Of a stretch of DNA of 64,000 nucleotides, positions 1 through 12,130 are shown one piece after another. The translations under genes and the position numbers were made by a program. The first letter of the stretch is position 1, and every line of letters begins with the position of its first letter. The DNA is from Dendrobates tinctorius (lineage: Eukaryota). Under the pieces are notes generated by a model. That model searched no databases. It saw nothing but the letters and a program-made list of their open reading frames with translations, and was not told the origin of the DNA. Where the stretch lies: positions 124,001-188,000 of the forward strand of contig NW_027361867.1 in NCBI RefSeq assembly GCF_039654945.1, in the 5' to 3' direction.

Positions 1-1149
1 TTTGGATATGTTCGGATGAAAATGGAGAATTTTGATTACTTGGTGGAGCGCATTGCACACCATAAGAAAAGCGGACACCTATTGCCGCTTCTCTGTTTCA
101 CCCGCAGAGCGTCTGATGGTGACTTTAAGGTAAGCCACATTTATTGGATGTGATCGCATCACTGCAATCTTGTTGGTGGTAGTTTGTATCTCCAAGTGTT
201 ATAGGTCAGTTTTGGTATGTAATGCCGTGATTTAAAACTAATTGATTGTTTTTTAATTCCCCACAGATTTCTTGCAACTGGAGAATCCCTTTCGTCACTG
301 CATTTCCAGTACAGACTCGAGATTTCCACCATATCTGGAATAGTGAAGTACACATGCCGTGCACTGTGGGACTCCTTAGCTGAAGAGTTTTTACCAGAGC
401 CCACAACAGAGAGGTGGATTGAAATTGCTGACAAGTTTCAACAGATATGTCAGTTTCCAAACTGCTTGGGCGCTGTAGACGGGAAACATATCCGCATTGT
501 AAAGCCAGCCGGATCGGGATCGGAATATTTCAATTACAAGAAATATTTTTCAATTGTCCTCATGGCCATCGCTGACGCGGAATACAAATTTATTGCGGTT
601 GATATTGCGGCCTATGGCCGCTCCAATGACTCTCAAGTTTTCAAACTGTCTGCCATGGGGCGTAAACTGTATGGAAACACCTTCCAGTTCCCACCACCTA
701 GACCGCTGCCGCAAACATCTGGTCCACCTATGCCATTTGTCTGTGTAGGGGATGAAGCCTTCCAGCTGTCAGAACACCTTTTGAAACCGTACGCTAGCAG
801 AGGATTGACAAGACCAAAACGCATTTTTAATTACCGCCTCACAAGAGCAAGAAGAATGGTTGAATGTACCTTTGGTATTCTGACAGCCAAATGGCGGGTC
901 CTATTGACTGCGATCAACCTCAAGACAGAAACTGTGGACGAGGTGATCAAAGCGTGCGTGGTACTCCACAATTTTGTTATCTGCAAGGAACCCATTTCCA
1001 TTGAGGACACCTCTGAAGAAACCACCTTGCAAGATTACCATGACATTACCACTAGAAGTTCTGTGACGGTTTCAGTAATGAGGGACAATTTTGCACTATA
1101 CTTTATGTCACCTCAAGGCAGAGTACACTGGCAGGATGACAGAGTGTGA
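1..1149 (+). CDS. Harbinger (HARBI1/ALP1-like, DDE_Tnp_4) transposase, 5'-truncated by the window; intron 130-266; apparent frameshift near 58-62
   Basis: Catalytic motifs GAVDGKH, GDEAF and VECTFG are in ORF 343-1149. The GTAAGC...CCACAG intron joins AERLMVTL-R-FLATGESLSSLHFQYR. Upstream YVRMKMENFDYLVERI is in frame 1 while IRKADTYCRFSVSPAERL is in frame 2. Confidence 0.92.
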
Positions 1150-1651
1150 AAGATTTGTGCCCAAACCAAACTTGTGTACCTTCTGTACCAACAGTATATA
1201 CCTTTGCCAACCAAAGTTGGCTATCTTGTCATGGTCTTACTATTTTTAGCTTTAGGCCACAGGTGTGTACCTGGTTGTGTTTTATGCAAAGTATTTCACC
1301 TTTTAACAAAAGTTGTGTACATTGTTAGGAAATCACCAACAATAAACACAACTTTTTAGGTGAAATACTTTGCTTCAAACACAACCAGGAACACAACTGT
1401 GGCAAAAAGCTAAAATTTACCCACAGTTATATACCTGGTTTTGAATACCTTTTTACCTTTTAAATACCCTGTATTTAACCTTTTTTTTAAACATATTTCG
1501 CCGCAGAAAGAAATGACAGACAACCAGTGTAAACAATAATTTAACTTTTATTTAAAATATTTTTTTTTTGTAAACTGGTTTTCAAGTTAAAAAAAACTTT
1601 TTTAATAAAGGTTTGAAACCAACCAAATGGGCATTTTTATTAAAAAACACA

Positions 1652-4259
1652 TCATAAATCTGTGTAGTGTGGGGTGGAAATACTGCTGGAGGGGCTGCGG
1701 GACACTTCGACAATGGGAGTGTGGAGAGAGGACTGGGATCGTGGTGGGGAAGGAACAGTTAGAGGTGAAGGTGTGGAAAAAGCTACAGAATGGGTGGACA
1801 TGTGGGAGGCAGAAGAGGTGGTGGGCGGTGGAGTGGAGGGTTGGGCAGGGACTGTAGGAGCAGATGATGTTGATGGAAAGTTGTATGGGGAAGGAGTTTG
1901 GTACGGGGAAGGAGTTTGGTACGGGGAAGGAGTTTGGTACGGGGAAGGAGTTTGGTACGGGGAAGGAGTTTGGTACGGGGAAGGAGTTTGGTACGGGGAA
2001 GGAGTTTGGTACGGGGCAGGTTGCTGGAAGTGGGGAGATGTCTGGTACTGGGGAGGTTGCTGGTACTGGGCAGGTTGCTGGTATGTAATAGGAGGGGGAG
2101 GATGGAAAGTGGCTGGAGGGGGTGCAGATGTAATAGGAGGGGGAGGATGGAAAGTGGCTGGAGGGGGTGCAGGTGGAGGAACTACAGTGGTGGGAGGTGG
2201 AGGTTGGGAGGTAACCTGCTGTAGAGCACCGTGGCATGAATGCATTACATGCATCTGCTGGGTAGGAGATAGTGTTGCCATGCGCTCCACAACAGACCTG
2301 AAAAAGGTGTGGTTTGGCGAAGATCTTGCTTCTGAATGCATGGTTTGCAGAAGTGTCTTCACCTCCAGAATGCTGGAGTTGATCTGCTGAAAGCCTGCGG
2401 AGATTTGCTCTGACAAGACTTTTAGACAGTTCTGGAAAGATGCATTCAGATGCAAGAACTCTGGTGCATAAGTCTTTTCCTGACCCCTCTGCCGCCCAGT
2501 ACCCGCAGGTGTACTAGAGGTGGCAGGGGCAGAAGGGTGGGGTAAAGGGAAAGCGATCTCCTCACCAGCAGCTTCATGCAATGTAGGCGGCCACGATGCT
2601 CCTGTGCTGGTGGATGGGACAGATGGGTCGAATGTGTGGGAAGGCTGGGAAGGTGCAGATGTACCGGGGCGGTCGAAGTGTCCCTCGGTGCCGGTCTCCT
2701 CAGGGATCGCCTCAGAAGGGTCCAATCGTGCAGGCTCCCGAGTGCTGCTCACCATGCTGTGGAATAAAGAGAAAAAAAAAACAATTAAAATACTGACATG
2801 GTATGGCCCTGGCTGAAAAAAAAAAGTTACATCTAAACATTTTTTTGTCACATGTGGTGTGTAATATTTACCTTCTGGTGACCATTGTATCCCGGAGGAA
2901 CGACAGGGCTTGTGCGTACTTGTACTTGCTCCTGCGTCCTCCAGATCCACTCGGGGCCCGCATCTCTTTATTGAACTCCTTCTTGAAACGATCTCTCACA
3001 GACCGCCACCGCTTCACAATTCTGTCCCCTGAAACGAGAAAGGACAAAGTGGTTAGTATACAACATCAGTGTTTCCCAAACTCCAGTCCTCATGGTCCCC
3101 AGGGGTCATGTTTTCAGGATTTCCATAGTAAATAGAAATCCTGAACACATGATCCGTGGGGACCACGAGGACTGGAGTTCGGGAAACACTGGTTTACATC
3201 AAGCAACCGGTACTGTATATACTTACGCTCTGTAATCTGGGCCCGAACATCGAGGTCCTCCCAGCGGGTCACAAGGAGCGAACAGATTTCCCCCCAGAGT
3301 CGTCGGGTAACGATCAGGTCAGCGTGGCGGCGGTCAGCCATATTCCAGAGCGGCTCCCTTTCTCTGACGAGATCGATGAGGTGGTCCACATCAATCCCTC
3401 CATCCTCACCGTCAGAGTCGGGAGCACGCTGTGAAGGCTGTTAAAGAAAAAGACAAAAATAACATAATTAGCCTCCACAAAAGAAATGAAATAAAAAGTG
3501 CAAAAAAACAAAGCAAAAATATTTATACTTATACGCTGGTGACCGCCGCGTTGCTGTCGCCGACGACCCTGGGAGGCACTGCGAGGACCTCTTGGGCGAG
3601 CACCAGATTGGGAAGACTAGAGAAGAAAACAAAAAATGTTATGTCTTTGGATGTAGGCATTTGTTTGCTGTGTGTGGTCTGCAGAACATTGTTTTCTATG
3701 TGTTGTGTGTAGTGTGATGTTGTGTTTCTGCGTTTGATGCAAAAAACTTACCAATTGTGAGCCCACTCCAGGTGTCTGTCCACCCCTTCCTTCTTCTTCT
3801 GGGAGCTCCTCTTCATCTTGTGATTCCTGTTTTGAAATAAAAGGCAATGAATAGACATATATTACAGAGATGATGGATTTTGGAAATAAAAACTTACCGT
3901 CAAACGCTGACGATGCGAGGGAGGGCTCCCAGAAGAAGATGTGCTATCTTCCTGCTGGCCAGACTCCATGCCTGTGGGTGGTGCTGCTGCTGCAAGTGCT
4001 GCCAGTGCTGCCACTGTTGCTGCTGCTGCATCTCTTGGGCGGCTGTTGAATAAAGAGAAACAAAGGGCCAATGAATATCTTGATATTCCATGGCCCTAGT
4101 TTGGAGGAAGGGGGGATTTGATAATTACCATCTCTCATCTGCTGCTGGACTCCCCTCCCGTTGTTCAGCATGCTGCTCCATTTGGGGTGGTGCTGATGGT
4201 GCTGCTGCTGCAGTGGTCTCCTGCCTTCTCCTGCGCCTGGTTGCTGTCTTGGGTGGCAT
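1652..4259 (-). CDS. Harbinger Myb/SANT-like (MADF) DNA-binding partner with BESS-like motif, ~635 aa; exons 4129-4259, 3898-4042, 3752-3826, 3533-3616, 3227-3437, 2872-3028, 1652-2756
   Basis: Exons join in phase (1908 nt). MADF: LIDLVREREPLWNMADRRH...W...W...IVKRWRSVRDRFKKE. BESS-like: NHTFFRSVVERMATLSPTQQMHVM. All introns are GT-AG except the exon-4 donor, which reads ATAAGT (3527-3532). Confidence 0.82.
1885..2015 (-). repeat. 18-bp coding tandem repeat x7 encoding (YQTPSP)7
   Basis: GGGGAAGGAGTTTGGTAC repeated 7 times inside the last exon of the MADF gene. Confidence 0.97.
3067..3191. mobile_element. 125-bp palindromic hAT-type MITE inside an intron of the MADF gene
   Basis: CAGTGTTTCCCAAACTCCAGTCCTC...GAGGACTGGAGTTCGGGAAACACTG; nearly fully self-complementary. 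TSD imperfect (TACAACAT / GTTTACAT). Confidence 0.8.
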
Positions 4260-4290
4260 GTTGGGTGTGGCTGAGGGTCCCACTGTCATG

Positions 4291-4300
4291 CTTTTATATA
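4291..4300 (-). promoter_or_regulatory. TATA box of the MADF gene
   Basis: TATATAAAAG on minus, about 30-40 nt upstream of the ATG at 4259. Confidence 0.6.
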
Positions 4301-4609
4301 TGTGTCTTGTGGGCAGAGCTACTGAGCATGCTCAGACCAAAAAAACCGGATCCGGCGCATTGCGGCGCTCATAGGCTTTCATTGTGTGAAAAAGCCGGAC
4401 GCCGGATTGCGACACATTGCCGGATCCGGCGAAAACCGGATGAAACGCATGGCCATCCAGCGCGATCCGGCGCAAATGCAAGTCAATGGGGGGGAAACCG
4501 GATCCGGCATTGCATTTCGCCGGATCCAGTTTTCGTCAAAAGCGCCGGATCACGCCTGACGGCGAAAACCTGATGTGTGAACGAGGTCTAAGGAAAAAGG
4601 TACCTGAGA

Positions 4610-4654
4610 GTCTGGGCAACCTCCTGAATAGTTACCCAGACTTAGGCGTTTCCC
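4610..4654 (-). promoter_or_regulatory. -1 ribosomal frameshift signal (G GGA AAC plus downstream stem-loop)
   Basis: Slippery heptamer at 4648-4654 in the gag frame, a 6-nt spacer, then an 11-bp stem GTCTGGGTAAC/GTTGCCCAGAC. The -1 frame is open (GKRLSLGNYSGGCPDSQVPFSL) up to the Harbinger insertion. Confidence 0.8.
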
Positions 4655-5549
4655 GGCACATTGGGAAGGGAGGAGGGGCAGTCCATTTTCCAGTGTCCCG
4701 AACTACCACAGTAGAAGCAGAGTCTCTCTTTCCATAGTCGTTTCCTCTCCTTTTCCTTGACGGTGGTGGCCCCCAACTCCATGGGCTCGGAATGTAGTGT
4801 AACGTTGAGATTACTTAGAAGTAATGGAACTTCTAGCTGCATAACACCCCTCTCCCATAGTCTTCGATCTATCCGGATGACCCGAGACATAGCCTCCTCC
4901 AAGGAACTAGGTGGTGGATGGAGAGCCAGAGCATCCTTCAGATGATCAGACAGTCCCCTCAGGAACTGGCACCTGAGAGCAGAGTCGTTCCAGGACACCT
5001 CGGGGAACTATCGTCTAAACTCCGAGCAATACCACTCGGCTGAGCGCTTTCTCTGAACAAGACCCATGATAGTGTCCTCTGCCAACCTGACATGGTCCAG
5101 TTCGTCATAGATAAGTCCTAAGGACTCAAAAAACCTATCCACCGACATCCGTTCAGGGGCATTAGGGGGCAGCATGAAAGCCCCGGAATGAGGATCCTCC
5201 CAGAGCAAGGATATAATTATCCCCACCCGCTGACTCTCATCCCCACAGGATCGAGGTCAAATAATAATTTGTAACTCTCACTGAACGTACGAAACTTATC
5301 CTTCTCACCAGAAAAGGTGTCAGGTAGCTTGACTGAGGGTTCGGGAGAGTGCAAGGCGACATCTACAGAATCACCAGTCCTACCAACAACATGGGGGGAC
5401 ACCCAGCACAGTCTTTTAGTCTGCATAAACTCTTTCTGCAATTGAGTATGGGACGTGGCCAGGGCCTGGTGTTCTACCAACAATTCCCGCAACATCTGCG
5501 TCAAACTGGACACCTGATCCGCCAAGTTACGAAGCAGATCCATAACCAT
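4642..5549 (-). pseudogene. Gypsy gag (RTL1/PEG10-like capsid plus CCHC knuckle), frameshifted
   Basis: Homologous segments are split across ORFs 5217-5549, 5008-5226 and 4642-4998. Confidence 0.85.
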
Positions 5550-6524
5550 GGGAAAAAAATGATAAACACCTTTAAATATTCTGGTCAGTTATAATGTAAT
5601 GCTGCTGTAGCGCAGTAGTGCTTAACCTCCACCAGGGGGTGCTGATGAGAGAAGAAAGGTTGCACTCACAGCATAGCACCACAGTGCAGCAGCACAGGTG
5701 CCACTACATGGCAAGAGATTAGTCAGACGAGCCGGGTCAATAATGGACAGGGAACACAGTACAAAGAAAGAGCAATACATGTGGTCAGCTACAAGCCAGA
5801 GAAGTCAGAGCCAGTCGGGAGCAGAGATGCCAGAGACGTGAGACAGTAACACAGGTCAGAGGACAAGACGGGTCAAATACCAAGAGATCACAGCACTGGG
5901 AGCAGACACTAAGATGAGCAGGGTAGCAGGAGTGGGGAAGGCATGGGAGCTCAGGAAACGGGCAGAGAACAAATCAGGGTGTAACGGAGTCAGCCGGTCA
6001 AGCCAGGGGCAGGAACTATAACTGACGCTGCCTGCAGGCAGCAGGGAACTGAAATAGTCAAACAGATCCCAAAACGAGGCAGAGAAAGTTAACCCCCACA
6101 CGACCAGGCCAGGGAGAGAATAGCAAGAAACAAACCCCGACTTTGATCATGACATCAGACCTGCCACACCATTTTAAAATGGTGATAAGTGTCCTATCAA
6201 CAATAAAACTTCCTCATTCTTCTGATCGGTGCAGTTTCTAATGGTTGGATCTAAGTAATCACCTATCTTGTGGAGCCCATGGATCAATAATAACTTGTTT
6301 TAACCAAAGAACCCCATTACTGTAATCTACCACAATTATACATCCCAGTTATGGGGGCGCACAATAGATGTGCAGGAGCCGCCTGCATTTTACAGTCAAT
6401 GGTCCACTATAATCAGGACAACGACTGACAGATATTTGCATATAGCTGTAGGGTGGGCTCCTAGGGTCCATTCCCACTGTGGGCCCCAGACACACCAGTC
6501 CGACCCGGTATATACATATATATA

Positions 6525-7185
6525 TTTGGAGGAGTCATATCTCCCGACTCTGCAGATCACATGCTGGTGTTGTACTTGACAGACCCGGACCAGAGGTTAT
6601 GGAGATGAATGAGGGAGACCAAAAGTTCAAAAATAAACTTTACATTACTTAACAAGAACTTGATGAGAAGTATATACATCACATTGCAGTTGTCACACTT
6701 TATGAATGCTTCTTCTGCATTATGCAGAGTCAGGAACTTTCCGGTTTCCTGTGGCGGTACATAACTTTTGTTATAAGTCACAATAGTCCAGCAAACCTGA
6801 GCTAAGGACCTCACCCTACTCTTCGTAATCCAGGCCTGGAGCGTAGCGGAGACAAATTCCCAATTCTCATTTTTGCTTTCCTTCAGAGCTAATGACCTCT
6901 TCCTGCTCTGTGTCTCCACTATGCTCCCTGCCTGGAATCCAGATTCCCACTGCCATTATATCTTTGCTTCACATCAGAACGCACTATCTGATGTCTCCCT
7001 CCTGGCACACAACACCATATCAATTCAAGTCTGCAATCAGATAGACCAAAGGTCACTAATCACAAGGAATTAGTTCTCCTGTGTGCCCATGTAGCTCAGT
7101 ATGAGGGCTCCCACACAGTATGGTGGCCTCCACAAATCCCACACAGTATCACGGCCCCCACAGCACCTCACACAGTATTATGGCC
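6525..7185 (+). repeat. Low-copy segment with an inverted diverged copy at 34950-35515
   Basis: Shared strings include GGAGATGAATGAGGGAGACC, TGATGAGAAGTATATACATC and CTCCTGGCACACAACACCATATCAATTCA. Confidence 0.85.
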
Positions 7186-7970
7186 ACCACAACCTGCTAC
7201 AGAAAATAAGGACCCCCAGTCAGTATGGAGGAACTTACAGTCCACCACAACCCCTTACTCAGTATAATGGCCCGTACCAGCCACACATTCAGTATGAGAG
7301 TCCCAACAGCTCTTCTCTTCATATTAAGCCTCCAGAATTCCTGATTTTAAAAAAACACACACTACTCACCCAACCCCGTTCCCGAGGTGACCTGCTCCAG
7401 TCTGTGCGGTGTGAGTACTGAGGCTCCATACTACAGGTGTGATGTAGTGACGCCATTGTGCCTGCAGTGCACGGAGTCTCAGACTCACAGGTGAAGGCTG
7501 AATGGGGGAGCAGGAGCTTTTGACTCCCTGACTCACTATTCTATTCAATGGTATCACTGTCATGGGAGTGTGGATATCTCTGAAATTGTGATGATGGGAA
7601 GGAGAGGGTGACCAATACCAAACCCCACGAGCCCTCTCAATGTATGGGCGTCATAGCAACCGAGTGGGCTACCTTTATGGATGATACACTCCTGCCTATC
7701 CAACTACTGTATGGTAAATATCTCATAGATCCTGGGTTCATTAGTATCTGCACCAAGAATGAGGCGAAGTGAGTATATGATAATTAGCTGTAAGGTTGTC
7801 GGTGGGGTAGATGGTACCATCTTGTGCATGTAGGGGGCAATACTGTGGGAACATTAGAAAGTGGGGGGATGGCAGTACTGTGGGAACAATATACTGTGTG
7901 TATGGCAAGCTGCTCTTGTGGGAACATTTTAATTTTACTATGTAGGGGGATGGCGGTACTTTCGGAGCAT

Positions 7971-10900
7971 TATACTGTGTGTGGTGGGATGGTGATACTG
8001 TGAGAAGATTATACTGTGTGTGGTGGGATGGTGATACTGTGAGAAGATTATACTGTGTGTGGTGGGATGGTGATACTGTGAGAAGATTATACTGTGTGTG
8101 ATGAGATGGTGATACTGTGAGAAGATTATACTGTGTGTGGTGGGATGGTGATACTGTGAGAAGATTATACTGTGTGTGGTGGGATGGTGATACTGTGAGA
8201 TTATACTGTGTGTGGTGAGATGGTGATACTGTGAGAAGATTATACTGTGTGTGGTGGGATGGTGGTACTGTGAGAAGATTATACTGTGTGTGGTGGGATG
8301 GTGGTACTGTGAGAAGATTATACTGTGTGTGGTGGGATGGTGGTACTGTGAGAAGATTATACTGTGTGTGGGGGGATGGTGATACTGTGAGAAGATTATA
8401 CTGTGTGTGGTGGGATGGTGGTACTGTGAGAAGATTATACTGTGTGTGGTGGGATGGTGATACTGTGAGATTATACTGTGTGTGGTGGGATGGTGGTACT
8501 GTGAGAAGATTATACTGTGTGTGATGAGATGGTGATACTGTGAGAAGATTATACTGTGTGTGGTGGGATGGTGATACTGTGAGAAGATTATACTGTGTGT
8601 GATGAGATGGTGATACTGTGAGAAGATTATACTGTGTGTGGTGGGATGGTGATACTGTGAGAAGATTATACTGTGTGTGGTGGGATGGTGATACTGTGAG
8701 AAGATTATACTGTGTGTGATGAGATGGTGATACTGTGAGAAGATTATACTGTGTGTGGTGGGATGGTGATACTGTGAGAGGATTATACTGTGTGTGGTGG
8801 GATGGTGATACTGTGAGAAGATTATACTGTGTGTGGTGGGATGGTGATACTGTGAGAAGATTATACTGTGTGTGGTGGGATGGTGGTACTGTGAGAAGAT
8901 TATACTGTGTGTGGTGGGATGGTGATACTGTGAGAAGATTATACTGTGTGTGATGAGATGGTGATACTGTGAGAAGATTATACTGTGTGTGGTGGGATGG
9001 TGATACTGTGAGAAGATTATACTGTGTGTGGTGGGATGGTGATACTGTGAGAAGATTATACTGTGTGTGATGAGATGGTGATAGTGTGAGAAGATTATAC
9101 TGTGTGTGGTGGGATGGTGATACTGTGAGAAGATTATACTGTGTGTGGTGGGATGGTGATACTGTGAGAAGATTATACTGTGTGTGGTGGGATGGTGGTA
9201 CTGTGAGAAGATTATACTGTGTGTGGTGGGATGGTGATACTGTGAGATTATACTGTGTGTGGTGGGATGGTGGTACTGTGAGAAGATTATACTGTGTGTG
9301 ATGAGATGGTGATACTGTGAGAAGATTATACTGTGTGTGGTGGGATGGTGATACTGTGAGAAGATTATACTGTGTGTGGTGAGATGGTGATACTGTGAGA
9401 AGATTATACTGTGTGTGGTGGGAAGGTGATACTGTGAGATTATACTGTGTGTCGTGGGATGGTGGTACTGTGAGAAGATTATACTGTGTGTGGTGGGATG
9501 GTGATACTGTGAGAAGATTATACTGTGTGTGGTGAGATGGTGATACTGTGAGAAGATTATACTGTGTGTGGTGGGATGGTGATACTGTGAGAAGATTATA
9601 CTGTGTGTGGTGAGATGGTGATACTGTGAGAAGATTATACTGTGTGTGGTGGGATGGTGGTACTGTGAGATTATACTGTGTGTGGGGGGATGGTGATACT
9701 GTGAGAAGATTATACTGTGTGTGGTGGGATGGTGGTACTGTGAGATTATACTGTGTGTGGTGGGATGGTGGTACTGTGAGAAGATTATACTGTGTGTGGT
9801 GGGATGGTGATACTGTGAGAAGATTATACTGTGTGTGGTGGGATGGTGATACTGTGAGAAGATTATACTGTGTGTGGTGGAATGGTGATACTGTGAGAAG
9901 ATTATACTGTGTGTGATGAGATGGTGATACTGTGAGAAGATTATACTGTGTGTGGTGGGATGGTGATACTGTGAGAAGATTATACTGTGTGTGGTGGGAT
10001 GGTGATACTGTGAGAAGATTATACTGTGTGTGATGAGATGGTGATACTGTGAGATTATACTGTGTGTGGTGGGATGGTGATACTGTGAGAAGATTATACT
10101 GTGTGTGGTGGGATGGTGATACTGTGAGAAGATTATACTGTGTGTGATGAGATGGTGATACTGTGAGAAGATTATACTGTGTGTGGTGGGATGGTGATAC
10201 TGTGAGAAGATTATACTGTGTGTGGTGAGATGGTGATACTGTGAGAAGATTATACTGTGTGTGGTGGGAAGGTGATACTGTGAGAAGATTATACTGTGTG
10301 TCGTGGGATGGTGGTACTGTGAGAAGATTATACTGTGTGTGGTGGGATGGTGATACTGTGAGAAGATTATACTGTGTGTGGTGAGATGGTGATACTGTGA
10401 GAAGATTATACTGTGTGTGGTGGGATGGTGATACTGTGAGAAGATTATACTGTGTGTGGTGAGATGGTGATACTGTGAGAAGATTATACTGTGTGTGGTG
10501 GGATGGTGGTACTGTGAGATTATACTGTGTGTGGGGGGATGGTGATACTGTGAGAAGATTATACTGTGTGTGGTGGGATGGTGGTACTGTGAGATTATAC
10601 TGTATGTGGTGGGATGGTGGTACTGTGAGAAGATTATACTGTATGTGGTGGGATGGTGGTACTGTGAGAAGATTATACTGTGTGTGGTGGGATGGTGGTA
10701 CTGTGAGAAGATTATACTGTGTGTGGTGGGATGGTGATACTGTGAGATTATACTGTGTGTGGGGGGATGGTGATACTGTGAGAAGATTATACTGTGTGTG
10801 GTGGGATGGTGATACTGTGAGAAGATTATACTGTGTGTGGGGGTATGGTGATACGGTGAGAAGATTATACTGTGTGTGGTGGGATGGTGATACTGTGAGA

Positions 10901-12130
10901 AGATTATACTGTGTGTGGTGGGATGGTGATACTGTGAGAAGATTATACTGTGTGTGGTGGGATGGTGATACTGTGAGAAGATTATACTGTGTGTGGTGGG
11001 ATGGTGGTACTGTGAGAAGATTATACTGTGTGTGGTGGGATGGTGGTACTGTGAGAAGATTATACTGTGTGTGGTGGGATGGTGATACTGTGAGAAGATT
11101 ATACTGTGTGTGGGAGGATGGTGATACTGTGAGAAGATTATACTGTGTGTGGTGGGATGGTGGTACTGTGAGAAGATTATACTGTGTGTGGTGGGATGGT
11201 GATGCTGTGAGATTATACTGTGTGTGGTGGGATGGTGATACTGTGAGAAGATTATACTGTGTGTGGTGGGATGGTGATGCTGTGAGAAGATTATACTGTG
11301 TGTGGTGGGATGGTGATACTGTGAGAAGATTATACTGTGTGTGGTGGGATGGTGATGCTGTGAGATTATAGTGTGTGTGGTGGGATGGTGATACTGAGAG
11401 ATTATACTGTGTGTGGTGGGATGGTGATATTGTGAGAAGATTATACTGTGTGTGGTGGGATGGTGATACTGTGAGAAGATTATACTGTTTGTGGTGGGAT
11501 GGTGATGCTGTGAGAAGATTATACTGTGTGTGGTGGGATGGTGATACTGTGAGAAGATTATACTGTGTGGTGGGATGGTGATACTGTGAGAAGATTATAC
11601 TGTGTGTGATGGGATGGTGGTACTGTGAGAAGATTATACTGTGTGTGGTGGGATGGTGATATTGTGAGAAGATTATACTGTGTGTGGTGGGATGGTGATA
11701 CTGTGAGAAGATTATACTGTGTGGTGAGATGGTGGTACTGTGAGTAGATTATACTGTGTGTGGTGGGATGGTGGTACTGTGAGATTATACTGTGTGTGGT
11801 GGGATGATGATACTGTGAGAAGATTATACTGTGTGTGATGGGATGGTGGTACTGTGAGAAGATTATACTGTGTGTGGTGGGATGGTGATACTGTGAGAGG
11901 ATTATACTGTGTGTGGTGGGATGGTGGTACTGTGAGAAGATTATACTGTGTGTGGTGGGATGGTGATGCTGTGAGAAGATTATACTGTGTGTGGTGGGAT
12001 GGTGATGCTGTGAGAAGATTATACTGTGTGTGGTGGGACTGTGAGAAGATTATACTGTGTGTGGTGGGACTGTGAGAAGATTATACTGTGTGTGGTGGGA
12101 TGGTGATACTGTGAGAAGATTATACTGTGT
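7971..12130. repeat. 39-bp minisatellite, about 105-110 copies
   Basis: Unit TACTGTGTGTGGTGGGATGGTGATACTGTGAGAAGATTA, with 36-bp variants. Degenerate precursor units at ~7800-7970. Confidence 0.98.

Larger units (their letters stand above)
1..4588 (+). mobile_element. PIF/Harbinger DNA transposon, autonomous-type two-gene layout, left end outside window
   Basis: Convergent transposase (+) and MADF gene (-). Right terminus ...GATGTGTGAACGAGGTC (reverse complement GACCTCGTTCACAC, Harbinger-type TIR) is followed by TAA at 4589-4591. Subterminal CCGGATCCGG repeats at 4345-4560. Confidence 0.9.
4589..6154 (-). mobile_element. Ty3/Gypsy (sushi/PEG10-like) LTR retrotransposon 5' part: LTR 5595-6154, PBS 5584-5594, gag, start of pol cut by the Harbinger
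   Basis: LTR termini TGTCATG...CATTACA on minus. Gag motifs LPDTFSGEKDKF, WNDSALRCQFLRGLSDHLKDAL, EPMELG and the zinc knuckle CFYCGSSGHWKMDC. Confidence 0.88.

Noticed and set aside
343-1149. Host HARBI1 gene
   Set aside because: It lies within a TIR-bounded element with a MADF partner, nested in a Gypsy element.
1674-2390. Gly/Trp-rich + strand ORF (YGEGVW repeats) and neighbours
   Set aside because: Antisense shadow of the MADF last exon.
4642-5549. Domesticated PEG10/RTL1
   Set aside because: Frameshifted and still attached to an LTR and PBS.
8231-12075. ORFs of repeated RRLYCVWWDGDTV
   Set aside because: Translation of the 39-bp minisatellite, interrupted by random stops, with no splice structure.
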